IMG/VR virus record: IMGVR_UViG_3300020162_002069
Reading direction: 5' to 3' (one strand)
Origin: an uncultured virus (IMG/VR IMGVR_UViG_3300020162_002069)
Lineage: Duplodnaviria > Heunggongvirae > Uroviricota > Caudoviricetes
Length of the DNA: 20,000 nucleotides
The notes under the pieces are model-generated. The model searched no databases and was not told the origin of the DNA. It was given only the letters and a program-made list of their open reading frames with translations. Of the stretch, positions 1-11,108 are shown piece after piece. The translations under genes were made by a program, and so were the position numbers. Every line of letters begins with the position of its first letter. Position 1 is the stretch's first letter.

Positions 1-3000
1 TCAGATATTTGGTGTACATTATTTGTGTTATCTGAAACTTGTATGATGAAATATGCACCATCGTAAATATCGGGATACTCACTGATAATGATCGGTGATG
101 GAGTTGATGTTGAAGCAATAGATGTGGATCTTCCTTCCAATCTAGCGTGTTTCATATCATAAGTGCCAATACCCACCGAGGTTGTACTTCCAAATGCAAC
201 CTGAATTGTGTTAATAGTTACTGCAATACCAACATTTGGAGTAAAATCAACTTTTAGTTCTGAACCAGATAGATATGGATAATATGTACCAAGTCCACTG
301 CTTGAATATGAATCAAATGAATGTGTGGTTAATTGTCCATATTCTAAGAATTCGACATTAGTCCCATCATGAATTACTGTTAACTCATCAAATTCATATT
401 GTTGATTATCTGACAAAATTGAAACTAAAATTTTTGTAGACCTATAAGTGTTAGCAATACTAACAATAGTTGTTGGTCCGGAAGAAACTAAAACACTATT
501 TGATTTAATATCAACTATTCCTCCAAAATTAGTACTTCCAATTCCAGATAAATTGTCGTTGATATTATATGAGAGTGTTGTTACATCAAAATCATTAACG
601 CTAAATTTTGTTGGATAGAACAAAAGAACACCTTCAGATCCATCGATTGCAAAATCAAAAGATCCCATATCATAAGTGTTTTCAACCCTTGCATATTGAT
701 TTAAATATCCATTTCCGGCATCATCTCTAAGAGTTGTAACAAGTAATAGTTGTCTTTCTCCAACAAATCTTTTATCTCTAATATACGTAATATATTTTTG
801 TGATCTTACATCTGCAAGATTAAATCTGTGAACTTCAGAAAAACGAGTTGGTCTTGGATTACTATTGAATTGTGATCTAATATCATCTATTGACAAAACT
901 CTATTGCCAATAGACTCTGCATAATCAGTTAAAATTCTATTTGAGAATATTATTTCATCTGAAAAAATTTGAGATCCAATCTGAAGTGAATTTTCTCTCA
1001 CTAAATCAAAATCATAAACACAATTTAAATTTACAACACTAATGATGTCACTTATAACTTCAACCGATGTTAAATCTGATGGTAAGTTAATTGTAAGTGA
1101 ATTTGAGTCTTCTACGCTTAAGTTTGATTCTAACTGATAGTCTGAGAATTTTACAAATCCAGTTGTGTGATTTAAAGTGCTTACCACATCGTTCCAAGTG
1201 TCAAATGAAACTCTAGATTTAATCGAATATGAAAAGTTTTGATAATAAAAACTATCTTGTATTCTTTGTAAATTATCATTCAATACACCAGCATCAGATT
1301 TCCACCCATTTATAAATTTTGATGTTGCTGCTAGATTAAAAAATGCATCAAATCTATCAATTGAAGATGTTACTCCTTGGGTTTTTGAAGAAGATCCTTT
1401 TATAATTTCTCCTACTTTAAAATTATCTTTGGATAGTATTTTTATAAAATCTAATTTAGAATCCCAGTCTTCCACTGTTCCAGTAAATGACTCTGATGTT
1501 ACCGTTTCTCCAATTAAATAATCATTTTTTCTTAAAACTATATCAAAAATTGGGAATTGTTTTTGTGCAATAATTCTACCAGAAGAATTATTGGGATTAA
1601 ACGTGCCTGGAGATTCTGAACCGATAAGAAATTCATTAAGATTGTAAGTTACCGATCCACCAAGTCCACCAAGATTTTCAGTAACTGAAGTGAGAGTAAA
1701 CAACTGATAGTTATAATTTTCAGAGTTAAATCCTTTACCTGTAGACGTAACCCCCACGCTAATATTTTCAATTAAAACTTTATCATTTACTGCAAATGGA
1801 AATGAGTTTGCAGTACTAAATCCTACCGATAAAACTACTGTTACATTTTTTGTTATAGAATCATACTGAATAGATGAAATTCCAACTCCATTTGAATTCT
1901 GAATTGGTAAAATTGTTGGAGTTATATTGTTTAGACCAAAAGTGTTTTTTAAAATTTCTATTTTATTGTTACCTAAAGTAAATTTTAAATCAATTTCAGG
2001 AACAATGTTGTCAGTCTTTCCGTCCAAAACTATGAGTTTTGGTGCAGAAGTATATCCTCTTCCAAATGAAGATATTCCAATAGATTCAAAAGATGAAAGA
2101 GGATCAACTTTTACAACTTGTGGAATTGATACACTTGGTCTTATAGTCAAATCTGAGGGAAAATCGAAACCAATATCATTAATTTTTACTGATTTAATTT
2201 TACCAATAGAAGTACTTGAGGGTTCTAATATTTCTCCGGTTCCGATTCCAGATGTAACACTCAAAATTTGTGGAAGGGAATAATAATTTTGTCCTCTATT
2301 TAATATTTTTATTTTGGAAATAGAACCATTAGTATTTGAGGAATTGGTTTCGTATTTTATACTAGATATACCTGAAATATATAAATCTTCTTCTGGAACT
2401 TTTGCAACATCATAAGTAAATGATGTGCTAGATCCTACTATAATATTGTATATTCCATTATATTGACTGCTAAGAATTTGGATTTCATTATTTGATAAAA
2501 CTTCACGATCTTCAGTAATTAATTTTTTATTTTCGGGAAGGTTTCCATCATAAATTGGAATTAAATTATAATAAAGATTTTCTGGCGTATTTTCATTAAC
2601 CGATAAAATAACTTTTGCATCGCTAGTAACTCCAACTGTTCCTATCTTTTGGACTTCGAAAACTTGATCATCAGAATTACTATTATAATTTTTTGTAAGA
2701 TTAGAATCATTGAAAAATTTTAAATCAAATGCAGGATACAGAGTTGATTGTTGAGTATATGAAAGTGACGAATCTGATAGATCAAAAATAACTGAAGAAT
2801 TTTTGTATACTTGTATTGGTGGGTTAATATTGGATAATGTTCCGTTAGAAGCACTAGTGATTCCAACAATGTTTGGTTTTACATTAATAGAATCATAATA
2901 AGTATTAGTAAGTCTAATATTATTTGTATCAACTACAAAAATAAAATATTCTTTATTATTTTCAAGACCAATCGCAGGGATTGATGCAGTGTGAATTACT

Positions 3001-6000
3001 TTTTGTCCACTTTCAAATTTGTGATCAATGATAGTAATTGTATTTGTAACTGTATTAATTCCTGCAGAAATAAAGTCTTTTGGATTTACTAATAATTTTC
3101 TGTTGTAGTCATTATATTTAAAAGTAAATGTGGTTGATATTGATGGGTTTACATCAATAAAAACTGTATCGTTATTTAAAAGTCCATGAGTTTGTGCAGT
3201 GGATACTGTGACTGTATTTTTTGAAATATCTCCAATTAATCCATTATAAGTTGTTTTAAAACTATGGTTTTCTCCTGTACCTACGCTAGTGAAATGTAAG
3301 ATTCCCGTTCCACTTGTCTGACTTGTAATTCCAACAAAAGTTCCTCCTGTTCCAAGACCAACTTTGAATGTAGAAATACCAATTAAATCATCTGATATTC
3401 TTGCAACATATACTATCGACTGATTTGAAAGTGATACTGAAGTGGATATTCCATTTGTAGAAACTCCAATTACAGATCCATTATTTGTAGAGTATATTAA
3501 TTCATCACCAGTATTTAATTGATGATTTGGTATATAAATGGATCTTGTAGGAATGAAAATCTGAGTGATACCAACTCCTGGATTTGAAAAAATTAAAGTA
3601 ACACCAATTCCAATTCCAGAGGTTGTACCTAAACCAACTGCATCAATTGGATTAAAATAAATTTCACGATTAATTTGATAATCATACTGAGATCTAAACC
3701 CAGCATTTATTATAAGTTTTCTTGAATTTTCATACAGAACATCAGTAACACTATGAGAGGATCCTACTGTCCCATTTATTGCACGAAGAGCTCTAATTCT
3801 TGATGACCTTGCATCAACATTTAATACTTTAATCTGTTCTGTACCAATACCTAAAATATCATTTTCACGAATATTAGGATAATTTAAGTTTCCTGCAACA
3901 GAAAAATAAGTAACTATTCCAGTTGTTGCAGTGCTACCAATACCAGCAGTAAGAGCAATTGTATTTGTTGTTACTCCAATTCTATAAGATCCCTCAATTA
4001 AAGATGAAGTTGTATTTAATCCCGAGACAACAATTAAATCAGAATTTGTAAAATTATGAGGATTTTCTGAAAATACTAAGAAATTTCCCTGAGATGTAAT
4101 TGGATAAAATTCAACATTTGATATTGATGTAGTTGCAACACTAATGGAATTTACAGATCGTCCAAAAATTCTTTCAACTTCAGCAGAGACATTAGAACCA
4201 TCAGTACCCTCGTTATCAAATACTAACTTGTCTCCAATTTTATATCCAGAACCACCAGAAGATATATTTATTTTTTCTACAGATCCAGGAGTAGCATATT
4301 TAATATCAACAGTTTGATTTAAAAGATTTGGTATATCCAAGTATGCATAAGAAGCACCATTTTCAATTAAATTATATGGATTAGTATTTCTCGAAAAATT
4401 TGTTTGATTTAAGTCAAGATCATTTTGATTTGATGCTGCTTTAAAATTAAATTCATTTGGTTTTGAATTAAAATTATCTCCAATCAAATATGGAAATACT
4501 GGCGACTTATACCCAGCAAAAGGTCCTGAAGAATCCGCAGCAGAATTACTAATCGTTGCAAAATATACATATGCACCATTTGGATATTCTGGCGTAACAC
4601 AAAATCTTCCGTTGTTTTTATCCAATACAGTTTCATCAGAGACTTCAAAATGACTATAATCTTGAATAAAAAATCCTGCAGGAAAAGCAGAAACTGAAGG
4701 TCTATTTGATTTTAAATCAAGTTTATATCCAGACCTCATTTGAGATATTATACCACCTTGTTTAGTGGAATATCCATATGGACCATAAATTGGATTTCCG
4801 TCATATGCCCACCCAATAATCGGTGAGTGATTATTTGATAATACCTCTTTATTGCCAGATTTTATTAAGTCTTTTCTTCCATATAAAATATTTCCTGCTT
4901 GATCTGAAGCATAGACAATTTCTCTAAGTTTCCTTGGCGCATACAAATAAGAATATTCTAATTCAAAATTTTGATTAATTCCTTCAGATAAAACTCCATC
5001 GTCATCAGAAACAATTGTTGAATTTTTTTGAAAAAGATTAACATTCCAAGATTGTATTTTTGTATTAAATTCTGCCAAAAGTCCTGTAGTAATGACATTT
5101 ATTGCAGTAGTACTTGGTAAATATCCGATGCCAGATTCAATTACGTTAACTTTAATTAATTGTCCATTTTCAATAATCGGAGTAAGTACTGCACCAAAAC
5201 CTTCACCATCAATTGTTAAATTTGGGGGAGAGTTATATCCACTTCCAGAAGAATTTACTAAAACTTCTATAATTCTTCCATTTGAAATAATAGGAATAAC
5301 TTTTGCACCAGAACCACTATTTAAAGTAATTAATGGTTGTCTGTTATAGTTTAAAATTTCAGATGATCCATAATTAGATCCATTACTTTCTAAATGAACT
5401 GAAGTAATTTCTCCTCTAAAAATTGGTTGAACAACTGCTTTAAAAGTAGTAGTCCCAATTGAAGAAATACCAACGTTACCAATAATTTCAACAGAAATTT
5501 CTGGATAATTAAATGATTGAATCCCAGAACCAATTGAAGTTAAATTGATAAATTGTTTTGTAGAATAATAAAAATTATTTTCTACAGATCCAGTTCCAAT
5601 TACCGATAAATTAAAACTATTATTATCAACTTTTGTTAGATAGTATTCTGTATTATTGGTTAGTCCTCCAATTATTGATCCATTTGTAGAGTATTTTACA
5701 ATTTCCCCAGATTCAAATTCATGATTTGAAATATTAATTTGATTTATTGAAGTATTAATACCCGCTACTGAACTTAAAACTGTTTTTTTCTTATTTTGAT
5801 ATCCAGAACCGGAATTTTCTATATTAACTGATCCTAAAATGGATTTTTTATTAAAAGATCTAAACTCATGATCTCCAATTCCATGTGAGGTTAAGTTGAC
5901 CGTATTAATTCCAGATATTGCATCACCTAAAGTATTGTGCAACTTAACTGTAGTTGATGATTGTACAGAAACAAAATATGAGGAATCTGTAGATAATCCA

Positions 6001-8576
6001 CCAACTCCCCTTTGTCCTTTAGTATCATAAATTATTCTTTCAGTATTTCGGAATTTATGGTAAGTATTAAATCCAACAGTATTACTTATTAAAGATACTT
6101 GTTCAGAATTAATTTCAGAATTAAAAATTGATTGATGGTCAACTAATTTCATACCAGCATAAGCTTTAGCACCTATACCATTTCCACCGGTTATTCTAAT
6201 TGATGGTATTTCTGCATAATCAAATCCAGAATCAACTATTCTTATTTGACTAAGAGAACCTCTTACTGCACAATATGCCGTGGCGCCAGAACCTACGGGG
6301 TCGCTAATTGATAAAATAGGAGGATTAATTATATCATAATCAATCCCAGGAGCGGTAACTTCTATTTCATTTAATGATCCATAATATACAATATCTCTAG
6401 ATTTGTAATTTAATACTTCAACACCATTAATTAAGATTCCAGTAAATCCAGGTTCTGTTGGATATTCTGCTCCATCATTAATAGGAGAAGAAATTTCCCT
6501 GAAAAGATTTTGTGATTGTAGTGTTTTTGATTTAAACTTATAATATTCAAGTTTATTTGAATTTATTGTTACTGGACTATCAACAGAAACAAATTTTGAA
6601 TAGTAAATATCTGATTTACTCTTAGCAAGTTTAATATTACTTGAATCTATTCTTTTAATAAAATATGTACCCTCATCAAACAACTTACTCAGAATTTGTG
6701 CAGTTTCAATAATAGTACCATCTTCATCAAATGATTCTGATACTATTTTTTCAGGAGTATAGTAAACTAAATCTCCAGTATAAAATCCATGATCTGTAGT
6801 TGAAGTAATTTTAAAAGTGTCTGAATTAAATGTTCCTGAAAAAATTATTTCTCTTGAAGATGCATTTAATGATATATTGTTGTAGTAGGGAAGAGATGTT
6901 GATGCAACTATAGTTTTATCTTTATCTTTGTAAATATTTTGAATGTTTGCATTATTAACAGAAATTTTTGGAAACGTTGAAGAGTTTGGTTTTAAAATAT
7001 TTCTTTTTACTGCATACAAATTGGTAATTAATAATTCACCCTGACCCTTTATGTTAAATGATTTTTCTGAAACAACATCAATTATGGTAGAGTTCTTTTC
7101 TATTCCACTACTATCAATTATTTTTAAACTGTCACCTATTCTAAAAATGTGATTTAACTTTGTATTGACTCTATAAGTATTATCTGTACTATCAATCAAA
7201 GAAATTGATTCAACATTATATGAAGTTGAAATATTAAAAAACCAATTATTAGAAACTACATCTTCTGAATTAACTCCTAAAGTTTTAATTTGTGAGGTAT
7301 AATCCTTTTTAAGATAGTATGTATCATCGATTAAATTAAAATCTTTTATAACTGAAGTAATTCTTACTTTAACGGTATTATCAAAATTTTGTGCGTAAGT
7401 ACTAATACCAATATTTGTAGAATCCTCAATAATTCCTGTGATATTTGAACATCCAAAGAATTGATTTATATTTTTTGACTCATATTTTATAATACCTCTC
7501 GTTGTATCATTATATGTAACGTACAGTTCACCACTATTTGGAAATCCTACAGTTGAATCAACATCAAGAGTCTTAAGTTCATTAATAGAATCTGCATTAT
7601 ACTGCCCAATTACCTTAGTTTGTGGATGAACTTTAAATCCTCCATACAATGCACCATCAAATGTAATATCTTTATTATATCCAGAATCAAAACTAAGTCT
7701 ATAATATTCTTTTGCATCTTTAGAAATTATTTTTTCTACCTTTGTAATTGGCGCATATGCTTTTGAAAAATCTAGATATTCTTCTTGAATTAAAGTGGAA
7801 TTTATTAAATTTTCTGGATTTCCCTCAATACTTTCTACAACCAAATCAGATGTAACTTGGAATTGTGCGTCTGAAGGTCTAAAGAGATATTCTTTAGGTC
7901 TAATAATGCTTGCATCTTCACCATAAAGAACTTTAAATAAAATTTCAAACGATTCATCAGTACCCTTACTTCTATAGAAATCCTTTGACTGCTTAATGAA
8001 TAAAGAATTATTTAAATCCTTAGTTAAAGTTCTATTTTCAAATCCAGGAGTTAATTGATACTTAATTTTGAGTAAAAATTCTTTTAGGAATAAAGAACTC
8101 AAATTAGTAATAGTAGATTCAGCAGAATGATCTGCAGATTCTGATTTAGAAAATACTAATTGGTCTGGTTGATTTTGGGACTTATAAGAACTTATCCCAC
8201 TAAATCCTCTTATACACCCAGTAAAAGAATTAAAAGTTTTTCCAGTATAAGTAATTACTTCGTCATTAATTTTTAACAATCCATATTTTTCAGGAAACCC
8301 ATTTGTTCCTGTTGGCGTTGAAGATACATCTACAAATATAATATTATCAAACGAAGAAATATTTTCAAGTAAAATAGCAGACTCTGCTTGACTAGTTACT
8401 TCATCAACTTTGATATATTTATCAATATTTTGAATTAAATCAATAGGAGATCCTTGAAACTCTTGAGAACGATAGTATTGGGATAAAAATTCTGATACTA
8501 ACGGAAACTCCTCCCTTACATAAGATGGAAGTTGATTGTTAACGATGTTGCTGAACTGAATTCTTTTCTCTAACAT
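1..8576 (-). CDS. gp7: Giant baseplate wedge initiator (gp7-like, cyanomyovirus type), C-terminal end beyond the window, >2850 aa
   Basis: ATG at 8576, 4 nt after the gp6 stop. It reads MLEKRIQFSNIVNNQLPSYVREEFPLVSEFLSQYYRSQEFQG..., and the same frame reads sensibly at 4479-4829 and at the window edge (...YDGAYFIIQVSDNTNNVHQIS). It is absent from the ORF track, presumably because no stop lies in the window. Synteny gp25-gp6-gp7 and the Gly/Ser/Thr-rich motifs are typical of cyanomyovirus structural proteins. Confidence 0.85.
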   Translation of the reverse strand, partial: MLEKRIQFSNIVNNQLPSYVREEFPLVSEFLSQYYRSQEFQGSPIDLIQNIDKYIKVDEVTSQAESAILLENISSFDNIIFVDVSSTPTGTNGFPEKYGLLKINDEVITYTGKTFNSFTGCIRGFSGISSYKSQNQPDQLVFSKSESADHSAESTITNLSSLFLKEFLLKIKYQLTPGFENRTLTKDLNNSLFIKQSKDFYRSKGTDESFEILFKVLYGEDASIIRPKEYLFRPSDAQFQVTSDLVVESIEGNPENLINSTLIQEEYLDFSKAYAPITKVEKIISKDAKEYYRLSFDSGYNKDITFDGALYGGFKVHPQTKVIGQYNADSINELKTLDVDSTVGFPNSGELYVTYNDTTRGIIKYESKNINQFFGCSNITGIIEDSTNIGISTYAQNFDNTVKVRITSVIKDFNLIDDTYYLKKDYTSQIKTLGVNSEDVVSNNWFFNISTSYNVESISLIDSTDNTYRVNTKLNHIFRIGDSLKIIDSSGIEKNSTIIDVVSEKSFNIKGQGELLITNLYAVKRNILKPNSSTFPKISVNNANIQNIYKDKDKTIVASTSLPYYNNISLNASSREIIFSGTFNSDTFKITSTTDHGFYTGDLVYYTPEKIVSESFDEDGTIIETAQILSKLFDEGTYFIKRIDSSNIKLAKSKSDIYYSKFVSVDSPVTINSNKLEYYKFKSKTLQSQNLFREISSPINDGAEYPTEPGFTGILINGVEVLNYKSRDIVYYGSLNEIEVTAPGIDYDIINPPILSISDPVGSGATAYCAVRGSLSQIRIVDSGFDYAEIPSIRITGGNGIGAKAYAGMKLVDHQSIFNSEINSEQVSLISNTVGFNTYHKFRNTERIIYDTKGQRGVGGLSTDSSYFVSVQSSTTVKLHNTLGDAISGINTVNLTSHGIGDHEFRSFNKKSILGSVNIENSGSGYQNKKKTVLSSVAGINTSINQINISNHEFESGEIVKYSTNGSIIGGLTNNTEYYLTKVDNNSFNLSVIGTGSVENNFYYSTKQFINLTSIGSGIQSFNYPEISVEIIGNVGISSIGTTTFKAVVQPIFRGEITSVHLESNGSNYGSSEILNYNRQPLITLNSGSGAKVIPIISNGRIIEVLVNSSGSGYNSPPNLTIDGEGFGAVLTPIIENGQLIKVNVIESGIGYLPSTTAINVITTGLLAEFNTKIQSWNVNLFQKNSTIVSDDDGVLSEGINQNFELEYSYLYAPRKLREIVYASDQAGNILYGRKDLIKSGNKEVLSNNHSPIIGWAYDGNPIYGPYGYSTKQGGIISQMRSGYKLDLKSNRPSVSAFPAGFFIQDYSHFEVSDETVLDKNNGRFCVTPEYPNGAYVYFATISNSAADSSGPFAGYKSPVFPYLIGDNFNSKPNEFNFKAASNQNDLDLNQTNFSRNTNPYNLIENGASYAYLDIPNLLNQTVDIKYATPGSVEKINISSGGSGYKIGDKLVFDNEGTDGSNVSAEVERIFGRSVNSISVATTSISNVEFYPITSQGNFLVFSENPHNFTNSDLIVVSGLNTTSSLIEGSYRIGVTTNTIALTAGIGSTATTGIVTYFSVAGNLNYPNIRENDILGIGTEQIKVLNVDARSSRIRALRAINGTVGSSHSVTDVLYENSRKLIINAGFRSQYDYQINREIYFNPIDAVGLGTTSGIGIGVTLIFSNPGVGITQIFIPTRSIYIPNHQLNTGDELIYSTNNGSVIGVSTNGISTSVSLSNQSIVYVARISDDLIGISTFKVGLGTGGTFVGITSQTSGTGILHFTSVGTGENHSFKTTYNGLIGDISKNTVTVSTAQTHGLLNNDTVFIDVNPSISTTFTFKYNDYNRKLLVNPKDFISAGINTVTNTITIIDHKFESGQKVIHTASIPAIGLENNKEYFIFVVDTNNIRLTNTYYDSINVKPNIVGITSASNGTLSNINPPIQVYKNSSVIFDLSDSSLSYTQQSTLYPAFDLKFFNDSNLTKNYNSNSDDQVFEVQKIGTVGVTSDAKVILSVNENTPENLYYNLIPIYDGNLPENKKLITEDREVLSNNEIQILSSQYNGIYNIIVGSSTSFTYDVAKVPEEDLYISGISSIKYETNSSNTNGSISKIKILNRGQNYYSLPQILSVTSGIGTGEILEPSSTSIGKIKSVKINDIGFDFPSDLTIRPSVSIPQVVKVDPLSSFESIGISSFGRGYTSAPKLIVLDGKTDNIVPEIDLKFTLGNNKIEILKNTFGLNNITPTILPIQNSNGVGISSIQYDSITKNVTVVLSVGFSTANSFPFAVNDKVLIENISVGVTSTGKGFNSENYNYQLFTLTSVTENLGGLGGSVTYNLNEFLIGSESPGTFNPNNSSGRIIAQKQFPIFDIVLRKNDYLIGETVTSESFTGTVEDWDSKLDFIKILSKDNFKVGEIIKGSSSKTQGVTSSIDRFDAFFNLAATSKFINGWKSDAGVLNDNLQRIQDSFYYQNFSYSIKSRVSFDTWNDVVSTLNHTTGFVKFSDYQLESNLSVEDSNSLTINLPSDLTSVEVISDIISVVNLNCVYDFDLVRENSLQIGSQIFSDEIIFSNRILTDYAESIGNRVLSIDDIRSQFNSNPRPTRFSEVHRFNLADVRSQKYITYIRDKRFVGERQLLLVTTLRDDAGNGYLNQYARVENTYDMGSFDFAIDGSEGVLLFYPTKFSVNDFDVTTLSYNINDNLSGIGSTNFGGIVDIKSNSVLVSSGPTTIVSIANTYRSTKILVSILSDNQQYEFDELTVIHDGTNVEFLEYGQLTTHSFDSYSSSGLGTYYPYLSGSELKVDFTPNVGIAVTINTIQVAFGSTTSVGIGTYDMKHARLEGRSTSIASTSTPSPIIISEYPDIYDGAYFIIQVSDNTNNVHQIS

Positions 8577-8580
8577 TTTT

Positions 8581-10509
8581 TTATGATCTTACTAAGTTCC
8601 CGTTTGCGTAGCTTGAAGTTACAATATAGTTTGATGCTGAAGGATCTAGACCCGAAGATATTTCATCCGTCACCATTTCAAATAAACTATTACTAATATC
8701 TAGTTGTAAATATAAATCTTGTAATCCAATAACATCATTGGATTTTGGAATAACTGAAATTTGAATAATTGATTGTTCATCTTTTATTTTTCCAGTAGAA
8801 AATATATTGATTGGATTTAATGTAATAATTCCAGTTTTGTATATAATATTTCCAACATTTCTTTTAACAATTGTTGGTGTTAAAGAATTTGTTGCAGGAA
8901 GAACAAATAAAAATAAAGATCCAGTTTCTCTGTTGGTATTTGGAACATCTGATAAGTATACTTCCTGTTGTACATCAGAAACTCTAAAAGGTGTGGTTTT
9001 AATATTAAACCCATTCATACTTTTAATATGAAATTCATTTCCAAATCCTATCTGATACTCTGCAAAAGTATTTAACACAACTCTTAAATCTCTTCTCATT
9101 TGAATAGTTGTTATATTAGATGTAACCGACTCATGACTATCATCAATAACTTTTAAAAATTTACTATATTTAAATCTTGCTCCATACTTATTCAGTTCCG
9201 TTGATTCTGCATATTTTGTAGTATTGTTTTGTATAATACTTGATACAAAGTCTGAACTTGGTGCAAGATTTGTATTATAATAAATTTTTGAGATTATTTC
9301 AATATAAAGATATTTTAAATCTAAAATCTCAGGAACAATCCCTGCAACAGCATACTTTTTAAGTTTAAGTTTAATATTTTCTTTAATTAAATTTGGTAAA
9401 AAGTCTCCTGATCTTGGTTTAATACTTATAAAGACCTTTCCATACTGTGGCGGAATTAATTCTTCACCACCAAATACAGAAATAGATTCGGTTTCTGGGT
9501 AAATTTTTGCAGGAATTAAAGTTTCATAATCATTTGCAGTAAGAGCTCTATTTTGTGATGCATAAATTCTTGGCGCATATTTCTTAATTGACTCAACCGA
9601 TTCAATATTTTCTCCACCAGATGCAATTAATCCTGTGGTTAATAGAGAAATGCCAGAAGTAATTATATATTCTATAGAATTTCTATTATACGTAATTCTT
9701 CCGGCAAATGTAAATTGACTTATACCATTTGCACTATCACCATTTGAAGTAATATATCCAATTTCTATAAAGTTTCCTTCCTCAAGTTTTTTGCCAAAGA
9801 TTCCATCTCCAAAAATAAGTTCATATCTTTCATCTTCAATCTCCTGTAAGAAGAAAATTTTAGATTCCTTATCAATATCAAAAAGACTATCTTGTCGACT
9901 ATATTTTACTGAGCGTGTAGACTGTTCATTATTTCTTACAATTACTGAAATTAAATCAGTATCAATACCACTATTCGGTAAAATAAATCTTTGATTTGGA
10001 TTATTAGAACTAAAAGTAAAATTGCTTGTTAAACGAGTTCCTTGATAAACTTCAAGATCTTCAAATGTTGCTATACCATTGAAGACTGGAACTGTAATAT
10101 CTTCTAAAATACAGAACACAAAGGACTGATTACCAAAACTACCTGAGGTGCTTGCTACAGGTCCTTTACGGAGGGTTAGAGAGGATGGTGTGGGAGTTAT
10201 ATTCGAAGCATCTATAAAGAAACTTATTGTTGCTCTTGCTGCTTTTCTTGATCTAGGAATGTAACCAATATGTCTAGCAAGTGCTACTACATTTTCTCTC
10301 AGAGTGGCACTATCGATAAAGACTTCATTTGCCACCATATTGGCATTATATGAAGTAATATATGTGTTATATGCTAATACATCAATAATAGTTGACAGAT
10401 TTGATCCTTCAAAATCATAATCTGTAAAGTTTGAATTAGATCTTAAATAATCTTTAAGAGTAATTTTTATCTGATCGAAATCAAGATTTGAAAAGTTTAC
10501 TAGGGGCAT
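8581..10509 (-). CDS. gp6: Baseplate wedge subunit gp6
   Basis: 642 aa. N-terminal LDFDQIK...FTDYDFEGSNLSTIIDVLAYNT...EVFIDSATLRENVV, FGDGIFGK and SQNRALTANDY motifs match T4 gp6; directly follows gp25. Confidence 0.95.
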   Translation of the reverse strand: MPLVNFSNLDFDQIKITLKDYLRSNSNFTDYDFEGSNLSTIIDVLAYNTYITSYNANMVANEVFIDSATLRENVVALARHIGYIPRSRKAARATISFFIDASNITPTPSSLTLRKGPVASTSGSFGNQSFVFCILEDITVPVFNGIATFEDLEVYQGTRLTSNFTFSSNNPNQRFILPNSGIDTDLISVIVRNNEQSTRSVKYSRQDSLFDIDKESKIFFLQEIEDERYELIFGDGIFGKKLEEGNFIEIGYITSNGDSANGISQFTFAGRITYNRNSIEYIITSGISLLTTGLIASGGENIESVESIKKYAPRIYASQNRALTANDYETLIPAKIYPETESISVFGGEELIPPQYGKVFISIKPRSGDFLPNLIKENIKLKLKKYAVAGIVPEILDLKYLYIEIISKIYYNTNLAPSSDFVSSIIQNNTTKYAESTELNKYGARFKYSKFLKVIDDSHESVTSNITTIQMRRDLRVVLNTFAEYQIGFGNEFHIKSMNGFNIKTTPFRVSDVQQEVYLSDVPNTNRETGSLFLFVLPATNSLTPTIVKRNVGNIIYKTGIITLNPINIFSTGKIKDEQSIIQISVIPKSNDVIGLQDLYLQLDISNSLFEMVTDEISSGLDPSASNYIVTSSYANGNLVRS

Positions 10510-10911
10510 TTATCTGGTTGGTTGTAAAACAAACTCTAACTGTTGTGCTGGAATATCAACACCAACTACTCTGTAGATAATAATTACATCAAATGCTCCA
10601 TTATCAAAATCAGGAATTGTTTGAACATCTATTAAACTAACTCTTGGTTCAAAATTATTAATCGAATTTCTGATTTCATCATTAATAATTGATGCTGATA
10701 TTTCATCAATATTTTCAAATAATGATCTACTCACTCTAGATCCAAAATTAGGATTGAAGAATTTTTCACCAGGAAGAGTAAATACAATGTTTCTTATCGA
10801 ACGTGCAATTGCAGTTTCATTTTTAAGAGCAATTAGATCACTATTCAGAGGATTATTCTGAAAAGTCATACTAATGTCTCTAAAACCTTGACTTACCCTT
10901 TCTAAAGGCAT
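10510..10911 (-). CDS. gp25: Baseplate wedge subunit / sheath initiator gp25 (GPW/gp25 family)
   Basis: 133 aa with AIARSIRNIVFTLPGEKFFNPNFGS and INNFEPRV motifs; abuts gp6. Confidence 0.95.
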   Translation of the reverse strand: MPLERVSQGFRDISMTFQNNPLNSDLIALKNETAIARSIRNIVFTLPGEKFFNPNFGSRVSRSLFENIDEISASIINDEIRNSINNFEPRVSLIDVQTIPDFDNGAFDVIIIYRVVGVDIPAQQLEFVLQPTR

Positions 10912-10931
10912 TGATTATTACAATTCTATCT

Positions 10932-10939
10932 TATTTATC
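10932..10939 (-). promoter_or_regulatory. T4-type late promoter (GATAAATA) for gp25-gp6-gp7
   Basis: NATAAATA box about 20 nt upstream of the gp25 ATG; matches the gp55-type late consensus TATAAATA at 7/8. Confidence 0.7.
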
Positions 10940-11108
10940 ACCGATTTTTTGATTCATAAAGTGGTTCAGTACCATATTCCCAGTCATCATAGTCTTCATC
11001 ATTGCGAATTTTCTCATGAATTTCATTTTGGACAACAAAATCGTGTTTTTTGGGTGTTATATCATCATTTGCAATCTCTCTAAGCATTTTTTTCTGGTTG
11101 ATTTCCAT
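10938..11108 (-). CDS. Small acidic hypothetical protein (56 aa, MEINQKKMLREIANDD...DWEYGTEPLYESKNR)
   Basis: Manually translated. AGGAG SD 7 nt before the ATG; fills the gap before gp25; overlaps the low-complexity tail of the upstream ORF. Confidence 0.7.
   Translation of the reverse strand: MEINQKKMLREIANDDITPKKHDFVVQNEIHEKIRNDEDYDDWEYGTEPLYESKNR

Noticed and set aside
1927..9994. Plus-strand ORFs at 1927, 5092, 8807 and 9791
   Set aside because: Antisense shadows of gp7 and gp6.
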